Source: Alphaproteobacteria bacterium
GTDB lineage: Bacteria > Pseudomonadota > Alphaproteobacteria > SP197
Direction: 5' to 3'
Assembly: GCA_965200215.1 (NCBI GenBank)
Contig: OZ241369.1
Span: forward strand, 2,121,534-2,185,533
DNA length: 64,000 nt
The notes below the pieces were generated by a model. That model was given only the letters and a program-made list of their open reading frames with translations, was not told the DNA's origin and made no database searches. The position numbers and the translations under genes were made by a program. This document shows, piece after piece, positions 1-10,991 of this stretch. Every line of letters begins with the position of its first letter. The stretch's first letter is position 1.

Positions 1-3000
1 GGCGCCGAACAGCGCGAAGAGGTGAAGAAGCTCACCGCCTTTCCGGGGCATAACAGCCTCGGCCTCATTGAAGCGCGGGAAGCGGCTGCTTGCATTCCGG
101 GCAGGTCGCCCCTTTCCGGGGCATAACAGCCTCGGCCTCATTGAAGCAATCTCTCCGTGCTTCGATGGCTGAGGACATTGTCAACCTTTCCGGGGCATAA
201 CAGCCTCGGCCTCATTGAAGCTGTTTCGAAGCTCGTTTCTTGGCGCGGTGCCTTGCCCCTTTCCGGGGCATAACAGCCTCGGCCTCATTGAAGCCGCCCG
301 AACTGGTGGCGGACATTCTCACTCTTGCTCCCTTTCCGGGGCATAACAGCCTCGGCCTCATTGAAGCTGCGCGAACTTTAGGGGTTGGTTTTCATGTCCT
401 TCCTGCGGGCCTTTCCGGGGCATAACAGCCTCGGCCTCATTGAAGCCATCTCCACTGCATCGCTTGGGTGTCTGAGATGCCGTGCCTTTCCGGGGCATAA
501 CAGCCTCGGCCTCATTGAAGCACGAGCACCCTTCATCTCGCCTGCGATCTCCTGGGTGGCCCTTTCCGGGGCATAACAGCCTCGGCCTCATTGAAGCTTC
601 TCCTCGGAAGTTCAGCCGGTTTCGGCGATTTCTCCCTTTCCGGGGCATAACAGCCTCGGCCTCATTGAAGCGCGGTGGCCTTGCCGCCGTGATCCTGAGA
701 TGGTAGAGCCCTTTCCGGGGCATAACAGCCTCGGCCTCATTGAAGCCGAGGACGGCAAGAACGACACGGCCGGGGCAGACATACCTTTCCGGGGCATAAC
801 AGCCTCGGCCTCATTGAAGCTGGGGGCGGCGCTGCCGGTGCCCCGCCCAGCCAGCGGATCCTTTCCGGGGCATAACAGCCTCGGCCTCATTGAAGCACGG
901 GGCGCGGCCGGCCCTTGCGATTGCGGTTCGGCATGCCTTTCCGGGGCATAACAGCCTCGGCCTCATTGAAGCACACAGACAAGAGACTAACTATATTAGG
1001 CTCACAACCCTTTCCGGGGCATAACAGCCTCGGCCTCATTGAAGCGATGGTGAAGCCCGTGGGGACCTCGATTGTTGCCGTCCTTTCCGGGGCATAACAG
1101 CCTCGGCCTCATTGAAGCGCGACACCAGCACCGACAGCAGCATCGACGGCACCTGCCTTTCCGGGGCATAACAGCCTCGGCCTCATTGAAGCGTTCACCG
1201 TCGCCGGCGAGAGGACAACTCTGCCGGTGACCTTTCCGGGGCATAACAGCCTCGGCCTCATTGAAGCCGGCCCTTCAGCGGCGCTCTCTGCGCATTGTGA
1301 GGGCCCTTTCCGGGGCATAACAGCCTCGGCCTCATTGAAGCCGGGGTTACCGTAGATATTGACGACGGTGGAACCATGCCTTTCCGGGGCATAACAGCCT
1401 CGGCCTCATTGAAGCCGGCTCGTCGCCTCCCCGGAATTCGACTGGCCGGTCACCCTTTCCGGGGCATAACAGCCTCGGCCTCATTGAAGCTCGGCGAAAA
1501 ATCAATCTTATGCCGCACTAATGTTTCAGCCCTTTCCGGGGCATAACAGCCTCGGCCTCATTGAAGCACCAACGGGCCAGAGCCCATGCAAGGGCGGCAA
1601 TGGCCTTTCCGGGGCATAACAGCCTCGGCCTCATTGAAGCCTATGAGCATGGCCCGATTCATGAAATGACCCGCCGCCCTTTCCGGGGCATAACAGCCTC
1701 GGCCTCATTGAAGCTGGCCGACGGCCGGCCGCTGTGGCAGCCGGACCTGCCCTTTCCGGGGCATAACAGCCTCGGCCTCATTGAAGCTACGAGGCGGCGA
1801 AGCGCCTCCTCGTTGGCCCTCGCCTCCCTTTCCGGGGCATAACAGCCTCGGCCTCATTGAAGCTCGGAATAATCGTCGTTCGAATGGTGACAAAACAATG
1901 ACCTTTCCGGGGCATAACAGCCTCGGCCTCATTGAAGCCCGCGATTTTTTCCGACGCTGCGGTCGGCCTCGCTACCCTTTCCGGGGCATAACAGCCTCGG
2001 CCTCATTGAAGCGATGTAAACCGCCAGCTCCTGTTCGGCGAGGCCAGCTCCCTTTCCGGGGCATAACAGCCTCGGCCTCATTGAAGCTCTCTGTATCTCT
2101 CGACGAGGCACGGTCCACCCTCGCCCCTTTCCGGGGCATAACAGCCTCGGCCTCATTGAAGCAAATGTCAGAGCTCATAGGACTGGAGGAACTGTAGATC
2201 CTTTCCGGGGCATAACAGCCTCGGCCTCATTGAAGCGCCCGCGCTTTCGGCGCGGGCGAAGTGGTCAAAGCGGCCCTTTCCGGGGCATAACAGCCTCGGC
2301 CTCATTGAAGCCAAGTCTGGCACGGATAGCTTTACCCACTGGACTACCTTTCCGGGGCATAACAGCCTCGGCCTCATTGAAGCTGCATTGTCCGCCTCCT
2401 TTATGGCCGTATGTTCGTCCCTTTCCGGGGCATAACAGCCTCGGCCTCATTGAAGCCAATGTGCTGGCTGTAACGATGTGTTTCGTCATAAGGGCCCTTT
2501 CCGGGGCATAACAGCCTCGGCCTCATTGAAGCCCGTTGATGGCGATGATGATGCTATGCTCGATGTCGTCCCTTTCCGGGGCATAACAGCCTCGGCCTCA
2601 TTGAAGCATCGAGGCGCTGGTCTCGGACCTGATCTTGGAGGGCAACCTTTCCGGGGCATAACAGCCTCGGCCTCATTGAAGCTACTCGGTAGTTAGAAGG
2701 CCATACAGGCCAATGAAAGGCCTTTCCGGGGCATAACAGCCTCGGCCTCATTGAAGCCATCGGCTCTGGCCCGTTGGTGAACCCCGTGTAATGCCTTTCC
2801 GGGGCATAACAGCCTCGGCCTCATTGAAGCCGTCCTCGAAAGGTCATGGTGTTGACGATCCGGCAGGCCCTTTCCGGGGCATAACAGCCTCGGCCTCATT
2901 GAAGCCGACAAATGCGGGGCATCCAACCTGAATATCAGCTTTCCTTTCCGGGGCATAACAGCCTCGGCCTCATTGAAGCGGCGCATCGAGGCGGAGATTG

Positions 3001-6000
3001 ATCAGCGTGTCGCTGCCCCTTTCCGGGGCATAACAGCCTCGGCCTCATTGAAGCCTTGAACTCGTGTGTCACCCATCGTCGATGATCATCCCTTTCCGGG
3101 GCATAACAGCCTCGGCCTCATTGAAGCCTCCTTCACCTTGTAAGCATGACGGAACATAGTGCAGCCTTTCCGGGGCATAACAGCCTCGGCCTCATTGAAG
3201 CTCGTCGCATGCTCGCGCGTGCTTCCTACTCTATGTCTCCTTTCCGGGGCATAACAGCCTCGGCCTCATTGAAGCGCGTCGCGTCGCTCTCCTCCACGTT
3301 CCGGCGCGTGCGACCTTTCCGGGGCATAACAGCCTCGGCCTCATTGAAGCGCATAATGATCCGGGATTCAAGTTATCTGATCTAAGAGCCTTTCCGGGGC
3401 ATAACAGCCTCGGCCTCATTGAAGCATCAACTCAACGATGACGGGCTTCTGAGGCTGCCGACCCTTTCCGGGGCATAACAGCCTCGGCCTCATTGAAGCT
3501 CGCCGCGCGGCGACGGCGATGGATGAAGCGACCGCAGAGCCTTTCCGGGGCATAACAGCCTCGGCCTCATTGAAGCCCGGACGGGCGCGTTGGTTATTTT
3601 TCTTGTTTCAGCCTTTCCGGGGCATAACAGCCTCGGCCTCATTGAAGCGATGCTATTCGCATCTCGACGGTGACTTCGGTCTCATCCCTTTCCGGGGCAT
3701 AACAGCCTCGGCCTCATTGAAGCGCGGCCGCCGGGCGGTAGGGCAGCGGCGCGCCATGCCCTTTCCGGGGCATAACAGCCTCGGCCTCATTGAAGCCAGG
3801 CCGGCGGCGCGATCACGCCCTCGGACCTGGCCGCCCTTTCCGGGGCATAACAGCCTCGGCCTCATTGAAGCATTTTGTCAACAAAACGGGGGAGCAAAAG
3901 ATGCTCAGCCCTTTCCGGGGCATAACAGCCTCGGCCTCATTGAAGCCTCCTCGGCGAGCCTGGCAGCCTCTCCGATGGCACCCCTTTCCGGGGCATAACA
4001 GCCTCGGCCTCATTGAAGCCGGTAGGGCGGATTCAGCCACACGTTGCCGTGCCATTCCTTTCCGGGGCATAACAGCCTCGGCCTCATTGAAGCTGCGCCA
4101 TCGTCAGCCGATAGCCGACATAGGCGCCCCCCCTTTCCGGGGCATAACAGCCTCGGCCTCATTGAAGCGCCCCGGTCGTTGCGGTTGAGCGGGTCGAAGG
4201 CGGAACCTTTCCGGGGCATAACAGCCTCGGCCTCATTGAAGCCTGGCCGCTTTCGGCGGGCCGGCGGGTGGCTTTGCCGCCTTTCCGGGGCATAACAGCC
4301 TCGGCCTCATTGAAGCGAGGCCGTCCGCGACGGGGCGAAGGGCGGCGCCGCCAGGCCTTTCCGGGGCATAACAGCCTCGGCCTCATTGAAGCACCTTCCA
4401 GGGCGGCGCGGGCGCCGGCGGCCAGCACCCTTTCCGGGGCATAACAGCCTCGGCCTCATTGAAGCAGCGCGGCGATGGCGGCCTTCGCCGCCGGCGCGAA
4501 CCCTTTCCGGGGCATAACAGCCTCGGCCTCATTGAAGCCCGCCCATGCGGCGCCCCACCCCCCAGACGCCTTCGCCCTTTCCGGGGCATAACAGCCTCGG
4601 CCTCATTGAAGCTCGAACATCCGGGAGAACCAGTGACCCGGAACCTTCCCTTTCCGGGGCATAACAGCCTCGGCCTCATTGAAGCTCCCTTCTTGGTTGG
4701 TGTTCCCTTCTTGGTTGGGCGCTCCTTTCCGGGGCATAACAGCCTCGGCCTCATTGAAGCTCACCATCCGAAAGGCTATCACAATGAACAATCTCACCCT
4801 TTCCGGGGCATAACAGCCTCGGCCTCATTGAAGCTCCCTAGGTGGTTGGGCGCCTTGGTTGGTATATATACCTTTCCGGGGCATAACAGCCTCGGCCTCA
4901 TTGAAGCCGCGGCTACGAGACAACGCCGAAAGGGCGCGGGTCGCCTTTCCGGGGCATAACAGCCTCGGCCTCATTGAAGCCAATGCCCCTAGCGGTGCTA
5001 TACGCTGCCCCATCTACCCTTTCCGGGGCATAACAGCCTCGGCCTCATTGAAGCGGGCGCAGCGCCAGCGCCCGCATGCCGATTGGGCCACCTTTCCGGG
5101 GCATAACAGCCTCGGCCTCATTGAAGCGGGCGGTCGCCGCGCTCCCCCGCCTTTGCGGCGGCCCTTTCCGGGGCATAACAGCCTCGGCCTCATTGAAGCG
5201 GGAAGCGGAGCGGCCTGAACGTCATCGCCCGAAGACCCTTTCCGGGGCATAACAGCCTCGGCCTCATTGAAGCGCCAGGCCGTATCGTAGGCGGCGATGG
5301 TGGCTGGCCCCTTTCCGGGGCATAACAGCCTCGGCCTCATTGAAGCCTGCTGTGTGCGATGATCAGCACGCCGGCTTTCAGCGCCCTTTCCGGGGCATAA
5401 CAGCCTCGGCCTCATTGAAGCCTTCGGGCTGGTCGAGCCTGTATACCACAACCCGGGCCTTTCCGGGGCATAACAGCCTCGGCCTCATTGAAGCGTGGCT
5501 TCTAGGGGCATTCCTGTTGATGAGGCCAGTAGCCTTTCCGGGGCATAACAGCCTCGGCCTCATTGAAGCCATTTTTTGCTGCAACACGCATGGAGGCTGC
5601 GTATCCCTTTCCGGGGCATAACAGCCTCGGCCTCATTGAAGCACGCTCAATTTGTGGAAGGTGCCTTTGTGCGCCCGCCCTTTCCGGGGCATAACAGCCT
5701 CGGCCTCATTGAAGCGCGCCGCGGACGTCGACGACGCGCCACTCTTCCGCCACCCTTTCCGGGGCATAACAGCCTCGGCCTCATTGAAGCCCGCGAAGAA
5801 CGCGGGGTAGTGGAGCCGCCGCGATTCCTTTCCGGGGCATAACAGCCTCGGCCTCATTGAAGCGGGAGAGTAGAAATCTCGGTCTGCCCCTGGTTGAACC
5901 TTTCCGGGGCATAACAGCCTCGGCCTCATTGAAGCTACTTGCGGTAAATGTCTAATCCGGTCTGCTTTTCCACCCTTTCCGGGGCATAACAGCCTCGGCC

Positions 6001-9000
6001 TCATTGAAGCCGGGCGGCGCGGGCGGCCAGGCGTCGGCGATATTGGCCCTTTCCGGGGCATAACAGCCTCGGCCTCATTGAAGCCGGGTGCCGTCGGCCG
6101 AGGGCTGGCCGGGCACCACCACCCCTTTCCGGGGCATAACAGCCTCGGCCTCATTGAAGCTGGTGCCGGATGACCTGGAACAGGTCGCCGTAGACCTGCC
6201 TTTCCGGGGCATAACAGCCTCGGCCTCATTGAAGCAGCTTGCCGCGCCAGGCACCCACGAGGATGCACCCCCCTTTCCGGGGCATAACAGCCTCGGCCTC
6301 ATTGAAGCTGGCTGGACGAGTTCGCGATCCACCAGCACGACCGCCCTTTCCGGGGCATAACAGCCTCGGCCTCATTGAAGCCGCATCTTCGCGGTCAGAA
6401 ACGCCCGCATGGACTCCCTTTCCGGGGCATAACAGCCTCGGCCTCATTGAAGCGGCCTCGGCCATGCCGAGGTGTCCACGGGCGTGCTCACCCTTTCCGG
6501 GGCATAACAGCCTCGGCCTCATTGAAGCGGATCGACCTACTATGTCATCAGCTCGATCAATCCGACCCTTTCCGGGGCATAACAGCCTCGGCCTCATTGA
6601 AGCGTCGATCCCGGACGAGGTGACGGCGAGGCCGGCGACCTTTCCGGGGCATAACAGCCTCGGCCTCATTGAAGCCTTTTCCAATGCGTGCAATGTTTCC
6701 AAGTGCGAGGCGCCTTTCCGGGGCATAACAGCCTCGGCCTCATTGAAGCACGTCCACCGCGAGCGCGTCCGCCGTTGTATGGAGAACCCTTTCCGGGGCA
6801 TAACAGCCTCGGCCTCATTGAAGCCGCAAGGGGTCCGCCCTTACCCTACAGGGTCCCACGGCTTTCCGGGGCATAACAGCCTCGGCCTCATTGAAGCGGC
6901 GGGGATACCCTGTATGTGCCGCGCGCCACCGTCCCTTTCCGGGGCATAACAGCCTCGGCCTCATTGAAGCCACGATCTTTGAAATGCGACTTCCATTGAT
7001 CATCAGACCCTTTCCGGGGCATAACAGCCTCGGCCTCATTGAAGCGTGGATACGCGCGTACGTGGTGTCGTCGCGCAGTATGCCTTTCCGGGGCATAACA
7101 GCCTCGGCCTCATTGAAGCTCCAGGTCACGCCGGCCCTTGTGGACGGGGCCGGCGGCCTTTCCGGGGCATAACAGCCTCGGCCTCATTGAAGCGGTTCGG
7201 CTGCTGGATATAATACAGGGACCAAAGAGAACCTTTCCGGGGCATAACAGCCTCGGCCTCATTGAAGCTGGCCGCTGATGGCGCCACCTGGCGCGCAGCC
7301 TCCAGCCCTTTCCGGGGCATAACAGCCTCGGCCTCATTGAAGCGACAGCCTGGATATCGCGCAAGATGCGCTGTATCTGTCCTTTCCGGGGCATAACAGC
7401 CTCGGCCTCATTGAAGCGGCCCGATCGCGCCCTTCGGCCCGGTCGCGCCGCGGGCCTTTCCGGGGCATAACAGCCTCGGCCTCATTGAAGCGGCCGCCGA
7501 CATGTTCAGGACCATGCGCAAGTCGTCCTTTCCGGGGCATAACAGCCTCGGCCTCATTGAAGCGCTCTTCAATTACCATCAACAAAGCATCCCAAGCTTG
7601 CTTTCCGGGGCATAACAGCCTCGGCCTCATTGAAGCTCTCGACGAGGCTCGGTCTACTCTCGTTGAGTGTTCCCTTTCCGGGGCATAACAGCCTCGGCCT
7701 CATTGAAGCATCTCATTCGTATCTCGACGGTTACCTCCGTCTCATCTCCTTTCCGGGGCATAACAGCCTCGGCCTCATTGAAGCCCGACTTGGAGTCGGC
7801 CCTGCGCCGCTCGTTGGCTACCCTTTCCGGGGCATAACAGCCTCGGCCTCATTGAAGCCAGGCGGCCGCGCACATACGGGCGCGAAAGCTCACCCCTTTC
7901 CGGGGCATAACAGCCTCGGCCTCATTGAAGCCCACCAGCGCGCGTCTGGCCGACGGCGCTGGTGGGGCAGCCTTTCCGGGGCATAACAGCCTCGGCCTCA
8001 TTGAAGCGTTGCCCCCGCGAATGCTGTCGTCGCCTGCCACTGGCCTTTCCGGGGCATAACAGCCTCGGCCTCATTGAAGCTGTCTGTGTCAAGCACTTTA
8101 TTTGAGTTATCCACAGCTCCTTTCCGGGGCATAACAGCCTCGGCCTCATTGAAGCGTCAAATACTCCGCGCCCTGAGCATCGCCATAAAAACCCTTTCCG
8201 GGGCATAACAGCCTCGGCCTCATTGAAGCCTGCCGCCCGCGCGATGTTGTGCGCTGCCGCCTCCACCCTTTCCGGGGCATAACAGCCTCGGCCTCATTGA
8301 AGCGCCCCGGTGAAGCACTGCCCCCCGTGGTGAAGCTGGCCCTTTCCGGGGCATAACAGCCTCGGCCTCATTGAAGCCCGTCGTCGGCCTGGGCGACGAC
8401 GGCGGCCGCCAGCCCTTTCCGGGGCATAACAGCCTCGGCCTCATTGAAGCAATGAGGCCGGAGCGACGCCCCGGAGGTTGCGGAGCCCTTTCCGGGGCAT
8501 AACAGCCTCGGCCTCATTGAAGCCTGGGAATCGGCCTGATCGTCAACGCCAGGAAGAGCCCTTTCCGGGGCATAACAGCCTCGGCCTCATTGAAGCCCAG
8601 CTGGACGCTGGAGATACCCTTGGCGTGGCAGGTGCCTTTCCGGGGCATAACAGCCTCGGCCTCATTGAAGCGAGGTCGCGGCGGCCCAGGACGCTCCTCC
8701 TATCATGCCTTTCCGGGGCATAACAGCCTCGGCCTCATTGAAGCCGGGTGTGGGACGACGGCTACGATATCCCGGTCGATCCTTTCCGGGGCATAACAGC
8801 CTCGGCCTCATTGAAGCGCCCGCGGCTGGGCTCATGCCCGCCAGGACGAGGCGCGCCTTTCCGGGGCATAACAGCCTCGGCCTCATTGAAGCCCCGTGCC
8901 AGGGCGGCCATGCACGAGCACCACATCGCCCTTTCCGGGGCATAACAGCCTCGGCCTCATTGAAGCGTTGTTTGGCGCCCGAAGGCGCCCTGCGTGGTAT

Positions 9001-9552
9001 ATCCTTTCCGGGGCATAACAGCCTCGGCCTCATTGAAGCCACGCATTGGTGAAGGCACTCTTGCCCATGCTTGGCCTTTCCGGGGCATAACAGCCTCGGC
9101 CTCATTGAAGCGACGAAGCGGCCGACCAGGGCCTCCACGCTCTTGCCGCCCTTTCCGGGGCATAACAGCCTCGGCCTCATTGAAGCCAGGAGCTCGCCAG
9201 CCAGCAGGCCAGCGTCGCTCTCCCTTTCCGGGGCATAACAGCCTCGGCCTCATTGAAGCACCCAGGAGGTGACGTGATCCATCTCTGCGACGTTTGCCTT
9301 TCCGGGGCATAACAGCCTCGGCCTCATTGAAGCCGCGAGCGCGAGCGCGAGGAGGCTGAGCGGGCTGCCCTTTCCGGGGCATAACAGCCTCGGCCTCATT
9401 GAAGCGGCAAGGGCGCGGTCATGCCGCGCTCTCCCCTTCCGCCCCTTTCCGGGGCATAACAGCCTCGGCCTCATTGAAGCCCGGGGCCAGGTTCGAGACA
9501 GCGCCCGCCAGGCCGGCTTTCCGGGGCATAACAGCCCCGGCCTCATTGAAGC
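1..9552 (+). CRISPR. CRISPR array, 129 repeats in window (truncated at window start); 37-nt repeat CCTTTCCGGGGCATAACAGCCTCGGCCTCATTGAAGC, spacers 35-42 nt
   Basis: Repeats counted directly at a period of 72-79 nt. The first full repeat is 38-74 and the last canonical repeat is 9444-9480. Positions 1-37 are a partial or whole spacer. The repeat can form a 7-bp hairpin (CCGGGGC/GCCTCGG, one G-U pair) followed by a 12-nt tail ending ATTGAAGC; the ATTGAAAC/G-like 3' end fits + strand transcription and an 8-nt crRNA 5' handle. Repeats starting at 6861 and 7600 have G instead of C at position 1. The ORF-track entries here (peptides FPGHNSLGLIEA, PFRGITASASLK, MRPRLLCPGK, FNEAEAVMPRKG) are repeat translations. 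Confidence 0.97.
9516..9552 (+). repeat. Degenerate terminal CRISPR repeat (GCTTTCCGGGGCATAACAGCCCCGGCCTCATTGAAGC); marks the trailer end of the array
   Basis: It differs from the consensus at position 1 (C to G) and position 24 (T to C). No further repeat follows. By convention the degenerate repeat is leader-distal, so the leader and new spacers lie beyond coordinate 1. Confidence 0.85.
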
Positions 9553-9706
9553 GGCGTGCGCGGGCATTGCGGGTGTGGACCGCTGGCGACTGCCGGCTCC
9601 ATCCCCGGCACTCCCCGCAACCCCAGGCATCGCGCCGGGGCATTGGCGGGTGAGTGCGGAATGTGCACTATGCGCCGCCCTGCCCCCTGCGACGGAGCTC
9701 CCGCCG

Positions 9707-10960
9707 ATGCCGTTCGCGCTCCTGAAGTCTGGCCTCGCCCGCCATGGCCGCCCGCCGCGCGCTTTGCCTACGCCCTCCGATCTCAAGCCCTCCTACGATG
9801 TCGTCGTCGTCGGTGGCGGTGGCCACGGCCTGGCAACCGCCTACTACCTGGCGAAGGACTGGGGCATCGCCGATGTGGCGGTTCTGGAGCAAAGCTATAT
9901 CGGCTCCGGCAACACCGGGCGCAACACCATGGTGATCCGCTCCAACTACCTTACCCCCGACGGCGTGAAGTTCTATGACGAGTCGGTCCGGCTCTACCGC
10001 GACCTGGCGCAGGACTTCGACCTCAACCTGATGCTCTCGGAACGGGCGCAGATCACGCTTGCCCATACCGATGCACAGCTGCGCACCATGCGCTGGCGCA
10101 ACGAGGTCAGTCGTCATTTCGGCATCGCCAGCGACTTGGTGGGCCGCGACGAGCTGCGCCGCTTGGTGCCCTTCATGAACCTTTCCGACAAGGCCCGCTT
10201 TCCCGTGCTGGCGGCGCTGGTCCACCATCCGGGCTCCATCGCCCGTCACGATGCGGTCGCCTGGGGCTATGCCTCCGGCGCCTGGAAGCATGGCGCCGAG
10301 ATCCACCAGAAGACGCAGGTGACGGGCTTCGAGATCGAAGGCAACGGCGACGGGCGCAGGGTGACGGGGGTTCACACCGACCGCGGCTTCGTCAAGGCGG
10401 GCCGGGTGATCCAGTGCGTCGCCGGCATGTCGGGCGAGGTAGCACGCATGGCGGGCATCAAGCTGCCGGTTAAAACCTATCCTCTGCAAGCCGGTGTCAC
10501 CCAGCCGCTGAAACCCTTTCTCGACCCGCTGGTCTCCAGTGCCCAGCACCACGTTTATCTTTCGCAGACGGCGCGTGGCGAGGTTGTGATCGGTGGTGGC
10601 AGCGATCCCTATGCCCGCTACAGCACCGACGTAACGCTGGAGATGAAGGAGGCCTGGATGGTAGGGGCGCTCGAGATCTTCCCCTTCCTGGCAGAGGTGA
10701 AGATGCTGCGTCAATGGGCCGGCATGACCGACATGACGCCGGATTACAGCCCGGTGATGGGCAAGTCGGCCGTGCGTAATTATTATCTGGACGCCGGCTG
10801 GGGCACCTGGGGTTTCAAGGCGACGCCGGTCTGCGGCAAGACCAATGCCGAACTGATCGCCACCGACGAGGTGCCCGAACTCATCCGCGCCTTCGGCCTG
10901 GAACGCTTCTCTGCTTTCCGGCTCCTCGACGACAAGGCGGCAACGGCGGCCAGCCACTAG
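9707..10960 (+). CDS. soxB: Sarcosine oxidase subunit beta (heterotetrameric SoxB family, FAD-dependent)
   Basis: The N-terminal dinucleotide-binding motif SYDVVVVGGGGHGLATAYYLAK and the motifs IRSNYL, HDAVAWGYA, CGWGTWGFK and FGLERF are typical of SoxB. Start assigned to ATG 9707 (MPFALLKS...); the track ORF begins at 9575, but that N-terminal extension has no homology support. Strong GC3 codon bias. Confidence 0.9.
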   Translation: MPFALLKSGLARHGRPPRALPTPSDLKPSYDVVVVGGGGHGLATAYYLAKDWGIADVAVLEQSYIGSGNTGRNTMVIRSNYLTPDGVKFYDESVRLYRDLAQDFDLNLMLSERAQITLAHTDAQLRTMRWRNEVSRHFGIASDLVGRDELRRLVPFMNLSDKARFPVLAALVHHPGSIARHDAVAWGYASGAWKHGAEIHQKTQVTGFEIEGNGDGRRVTGVHTDRGFVKAGRVIQCVAGMSGEVARMAGIKLPVKTYPLQAGVTQPLKPFLDPLVSSAQHHVYLSQTARGEVVIGGGSDPYARYSTDVTLEMKEAWMVGALEIFPFLAEVKMLRQWAGMTDMTPDYSPVMGKSAVRNYYLDAGWGTWGFKATPVCGKTNAELIATDEVPELIRAFGLERFSAFRLLDDKAATAASH

Positions 10961-10991
10961 CGCCCACCGACCCTGCCGGGCAGGACGATCC

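Noticed and set aside
240-9786. Dozens of 60-240-aa ORFs on both strands across the array, with recurring peptides FPGHNSLGLIEA, PFRGITASASLK, MRPRLLCPGK and FNEAEAVMPRKG.
   Set aside because: They are translations of the 37-nt CRISPR repeat in different frames and strands; no stop codons fall in the repeat. They are not genes.
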